From: Lingula anatina
Taxonomy: Eukaryota; Animalia; Brachiopoda
Direction: 5' to 3'
NCBI GenBank assembly: GCA_051362555.1
Contig: CM120649.1
Location: 5,208,001-5,272,000, forward strand
Length of the DNA: 64,000 bases
The notes beneath the pieces were generated by a model, which had not been told where the DNA came from, did no database searches, and saw nothing but the letters and a program-made list of their open reading frames with translations. Every line of letters starts with the position of its first letter. Position 1 is the stretch's first letter. Made by a program: the position numbers and the translations under genes. Shown here piece by piece: positions 62,845 through 64,000 of the stretch.

Positions 62845-64000
62845 CTGCGCATGTTCAACCCACTAAGCAACTTAGCGTTGCGCAATTTCGTGAGTTTCAT
62901 TTGAATTCAATTTTAACGCTTTAAAGAAACCAAAGGGTGAAACCTGAATATTTCGCTTGAGTAGGAAATATTTTTAAGGTCTGAAATTCTATATAAAGGT
63001 CTTCCTCCCCATCACGGCTGTAGAGTTATGTTTCGGCAATAAATTTCATCTTTGTTTTATATATTTCGTTTTGTCGTAAATGGTGAGGTGAGTGCGTGCG
63101 TGCTTGCCATCGTGACGGAAATGGAACGCATGTTGAGATTGTGGAATTTTAGCAAATACAAAATGAGAGAACCATCAGAATCACAGAATCGGATTTACAA
63201 GCATCTAAGGCCGGATCCAAGCCTTTCGGTGACGACATTACTTTTTAAATAAATATTGTTTTATACTTCTCTCATATCCTCTTACTTGTTCCATAATTTC
63301 CTTTATGCCATGCAAATATAATTCTTCTTAATTTTTATTAAAACTATTTCCAGAACATGAGATTATTTTACTCTGGCTGCTTGACCCCCCTCTCCCGTGG
63401 TATCCTAAACACGTGCTTAGCTTGCTATTACATTTATCTGACCCTGCTTTATAACATTGAAAAGAAAGAAAATTGTCATTTATCACTTTTCATAACTTTT
63501 GGAATAAAACCATTAAGCAGGACTAAAGTGAAGCACACAACTGAAGAAAAAAGACAACTTTTTCATCGCGCAAAAAAAGAAAAAATATTTACCAGTTGTT
63601 TCCCTTATCAGAGTTTATTACTGCAATACAATAATCAACCATAATTCAAGCGCAAAGCACCAGCTATAAAAATGCTTCAATTCAACATATAATAGAAATG
63701 TCAAATGTAATGGCATTATCTTTGTTTACCGTTGAGACGTTTCTAACTGTGGAAGATCCATGCTTTCCTGTCGTTTCAGATCGGTACCTATGAGTAAAAA
63801 CAAAAAGAAAACAGTAAAAGAGACGTACAAACCGTTCTTTAAGGGGTTTATTTTATACATGTATGTTATAAATGCCTACGTTTAGTAAGAAATCTCCCCC
63901 TCTCCTTCCGTTTCCTTTAGGTCGAATATATGTATTAGTGTAATGAATTAAACTCTTTTAAACTGCAAACTTCTTTTTTTCTTTTATTTTATTCACCAAC

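Noticed and set aside
63665-63671. gcTATAAAA motif like the GRP promoters
   Set aside because: No signal-peptide or Gly-rich ORF follows within the window.

Overview
AT-rich eukaryotic genomic DNA with GT-AG introns, TATA boxes, AATAAA signals and many (GA)n microsatellites, most likely from a lophotrochozoan invertebrate (inference from the neuroligin sequence). Positions 1-18.3 kb read as a large, MITE-containing intron downstream of the first coding exon of a minus-strand neuroligin-like gene (18347-18848). From 25.6 to 59.3 kb there is a tandem/inverted cluster of eight intact genes plus one pseudogene for small secreted glycine-rich proteins. They share a homologous 17-aa signal peptide, a single coding exon, an intron just after the stop codon and a recurring (Gly)~12-x-[N/D]-G-G-(xG)6 module. 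Seven start with Gln after the signal peptide, four end in amidation-type signals (GRR/GKR/GKR/GR), and two recent paralogs differ at 22 amino acids but only 4 purely synonymous codons. Right after the cluster is a spliced gene missed by the ORF track (CDS 61901-62844) encoding a signal peptide plus two six-cysteine beta-defensin-like domains. The window looks like a fast-evolving secreted-effector locus (innate defence and/or structural/adhesive secretion) shaped by segmental duplication, probable gene conversion and non-autonomous DNA transposons. All alignments and counts were done by eye.
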